Positions 60,901 to 64,000 of a stretch of DNA of 64,000 nt are shown here, one piece after another. The stretch lies in NCBI GenBank assembly GCA_950097015.1, contig CATNEN010000037.1, positions 2,666,001 to 2,730,000 of the forward strand, in the 5' to 3' direction. The notes under the pieces are model-generated. The model searched no databases, had not been told where the DNA came from, and was given only the letters and a program-made list of their open reading frames with translations. This stretch comes from Macrostomum hystrix. Its lineage: Eukaryota; Animalia; Platyhelminthes. Position numbers and translations under genes: made by a program. Within the stretch, counting starts at the first letter, position 1. The number at the start of each line of letters is the position of its first letter.

Positions 60901-62148
60901 TGAGATTACTCCTGACTGTTCTTGAGATTACTCCTGACTGTTCTTGAGATTACTCCTGACTGTTTTTGAGATTACTCCTGACTGTTCTTGAGATTACTCC
61001 TGACTGTTTTTGAGATTACTCCTGACTGTTCTTGAGATTACTCCTGACTGTTTTTGAGATTACTCCTGACTGTTCTTGAGATTACTCCTGACTGTTCTTG
61101 AGATTACTCCTGACTGTTCTTGAGATTACTCCTGACTGTTCTTGCACTTACTGTTTTTGAGAATACTCCTGACTGTTTTTGAGAATACTCCTGACTGTTC
61201 TTGAGATTACTCCTGACTGTTCTTGAGATTACTCCTGACTGTTCTTGAGATTACTCCTGACTGCTCTTGAGATTACTCCTGACTGTTTTTGAGAATACTC
61301 CTGACTGTTCTTGAGATTACTCCTGACTGCTCTTGAGATTACTCCTGACTGTTCTTGAGATTACTCCTGACTGTTCTTGAGATTACTCCTGACTGTTCTT
61401 GAGATTACTCCTGACTGTTCTTGAGATTACTCCTGACTGTTCTTGAGATTACTCCTGACTGTTCTTGAGATTACTCCTGACTGTTCTTGAGATTACTCCT
61501 GACTGTTCTTGAGATTACTCCTGACTGTTCTTGCACTTACTGTTTTTGAGAATACTCCTGACTGTTTTTGAGAATACTCCTGACTGTTCTTGAGATTACT
61601 CCTGACTGTTTTTGAGATTACTCCTGACTGTTCTTGAGATTACTCCTGACTGTTCTTGAGATTACTCCTGACTGTTCTTGAGATTACTCCTGACTGTTCT
61701 TGAGATTACTCCTGACTGTTCTTGAGATTACTCCTGACTGTTCTTGCACTTACTGTTTTTGAGAATACTCCTGACTGTTTTTGAGAATACTCCTGACTGT
61801 TCTTGAGATTACTCCTGACTGTTCTTGAGATTACTCCTGACTGTTCTTGAGATTACTCCTGACTGCTCTTGAGATTACTCCTGACTGTTTTTGAGAATAC
61901 TCCTGACTGTTCTTGAGATTACTCCTGACTGCTCTTGAGATTACTCCTGACTGTTCTTGAGATTACTCCTGACTGTTCTTGAGATTACTTCTGACTGTTC
62001 TTGAGATTACTTCTGACTGTTCTTGAGATTACTCCTGACTGTTCTTGAGATTACTCCTGACTGTTCTTGAGATTACTCCTGACTGTTCTTGAGATTACTC
62101 CTGACTGTTCTTGAGATTACTCCTGACTGTTCTTGAGATGACTCCTTG
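54965..62148. repeat. 7.2-kb minisatellite, 22-bp unit TTACTCCTGACTGTTCTTGAGA with TTGCAC and TTTTTGAGAA variants
   Basis: Direct; variants form blocks and a higher-order pattern. Confidence 0.98.
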
Positions 62149-62379
62149 AGATTGAGGTTGTGTATTATAGATTTCGATGATGAAAACATAAAACACTCGG
62201 CAACGCAAAGCAGTTTTTGGCTTTGGTCTTCTTATCATCCCAAAACGTCAGATCCGAAAGCTTCTAACTTCAGAAGTTGATTATTGCTATCAGCAATTTA
62301 GTTGTTTTCGGTCAAGTTAAGTTAAGTTGGATAAGTATAAAGTATTATAATCAGTCAATCAATCGAATCAATGATTTTG

Positions 62380-62724
62380 TCATCCGTAGCGCACGATATT
62401 GTAGCGTTGGTTCCCGCTGCCACTGCCGTCGCTGCCGCCGCTGCCGCGGGGTCTGGCCATGAATCGCTGGTAGGACAGCTGCGACGACAGCAGCCACATC
62501 CGTTTGGCTAGACGGTCGGTTCGGTCAGCATCCGCCTCCAGCAGGAGATTCCAGCACAGCGGCGACGTTGGTAGGCGAAGACGGCGTCGAATTGCGCAGC
62601 TGCGAGCCAGTCGGACTTCGACGTCGGAATCAGTGGCCTCGGCTGAAGCGGCCCACAGAAGTGGAACCAGCAGCAGCAGAAGAATGGGAAAGAGAGGCCA
62701 GAAATGGATTTTAGCTAAAATCAT
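62380..62724 (-). CDS. Candidate secreted neuropeptide precursor, 114 aa; predicted 38-aa C-terminally amidated RYamide peptide (NKY-like)
   Basis: ATG 62724; signal-like MILAKIHFWPLFPILLLLLVPLLWAASAEA; propeptide with two Cys; dibasic KR; then MWLLSSQLSYQRFMARPRGSGGSDGSGSGNQRYNIVRY-G-stop (terminal Gly as amide donor). Confidence 0.75.
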   Translation of the reverse strand: MILAKIHFWPLFPILLLLLVPLLWAASAEATDSDVEVRLARSCAIRRRLRLPTSPLCWNLLLEADADRTDRLAKRMWLLSSQLSYQRFMARPRGSGGSDGSGSGNQRYNIVRYG

Positions 62725-62989
62725 CTCAAAACAGTCGTTTCCCACTGGTCTATCTATTTTTAGAGAATGATCAGCCAGAAAGCAGAGTCAGGGCCAGGCT
62801 TAAGCCTCGAATATTTCAACTCAACGCTAGAGAGCTCCACCTCAACACAAGCTGATTTTCCAATTCCCATTGGCTCTGCTGCTAACGATATTTTGTGCCT
62901 GTTGACTTTGTCCTCAAATCAGCTGCTGACCCGTGAACAAGAGAGCGGCGATTTACGATTCCAGTGCTAATAGCCAGCCAATCACAGCG

Positions 62990-64000
62990 ATGGTGTGTCC
63001 TCAATTAAACACCCATAGACTGTGATGGTGTGTCGTCAATTAAACACCCATAGACTGTGATGGTGTGTCCTAAATTAAGCTCCCATAGACTGTGTTGGTG
63101 TGTCCTCAATTAAACACCCATAGACTGTGATGGTGTGTCCTAAATTAAGCTCTCATAGACTGTGTTGGTGTCCTCAATTAAACACCCATAGACTGTGATG
63201 GCGTGTCCTCAATTAAACACCCATAGACTATGATAGTGTGTCGTCAATTAAACACCCATAGACTGTGATGGTGTGTCCTAAATTAAGCTCTCATAGACTG
63301 TGTTGGTGTCCTCAATTAAACACCCATAGACTGTGATGGCGTGTCCTCAATTAAACACCCATAGACTGTGTTGGTGTCCTCAATTAAACACCCATAGACT
63401 GTGATGGTGTGTCCTCAATTAAACACCCATAGACTATGATGGTGTGTCGTCAATTAAACACCCATAGACTGTGATGGTGTGCCGTCAATTAAGCTCCCAT
63501 AGACTGTGTTGGTGTGTCCTCAATTAAACACCCATAGACTGTGATGGTGTGTCCTCAATTAAACACCCTTAGACTGTGTTGGTGTCCTCAATTAAACACC
63601 CATAGACTGTGATGGTGTGTCCTCAATTAAACACCCATAGACTATGATTGTGTGTCGTCAATTAAACACCCATAGACTGTGATGGTGTGTCCTAAATTAA
63701 GCTCTCATAGACTGTGTTGGTGTCCTCAATTAAACACCCATAGACTGTGATGGCGTGTCCTCAATTAAACACCCATAGACTGTGTTGGTGTCCTCAATTA
63801 AACACCCATAGACTGTGATGGTGTGTACTCAATTAAACACCCAACGACTATGATGGTGTGTCGTCAATTAAACACCCATAGACTGTGATGGTGTGTCGTC
63901 AATTAAGCTCCCATAGACTGTGTTGGTGTGTCCTCAATTAAACACCCATAGACTGTGATGGTGTGTCCTCAATTAAACACCCATAGACTGTGATGGTGTG
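62990..64000. repeat. Minisatellite, ~35-bp unit CAATTAAACACCCATAGACTGTGATGGTGTGTCCT, runs off the window end
   Basis: Direct tandem array with recurring variants. Confidence 0.96.

Overview
Animal genomic DNA: spliceosomal GT-AG introns, SINEs, DNA transposons, and many introns filled with a private minisatellite. The style suggests a flatworm such as Macrostomum (inference only). No prokaryotic features or CRISPR arrays. Six genes are supported. (1) A ~20-exon SCYL2-like pseudokinase gene, minus strand, 31556->999. (2) An intronless secreted precursor with 11 copies of FSSPGTYDW separated by KKKR, + strand, 9543-10118, nested antisense in an intron of gene 1; this is the top finding. (3) A 3-exon ankyrin-like gene, + strand, 35724-38101. 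(4) A 12-exon DCX-EMAP/EML gene, minus strand, 45456->39261. (5) A PPP1R3-like glycogen-targeting subunit, minus strand, 51248->50336. (6) A second candidate neuropeptide precursor ending in ...NIVRYG-stop (RYamide, NKY-like), minus strand, 62724->62380. Mobile DNA: a decayed mariner, two copies of a hAT MITE with 8-bp TSDs, two tRNA-derived SINE families and possible hAT transposase relics. At least 8 small indels break otherwise intact genes, most likely long-read consensus errors. All exon coordinates were derived by hand. Most long ORFs in the supplied track are artefacts of tandem repeats.
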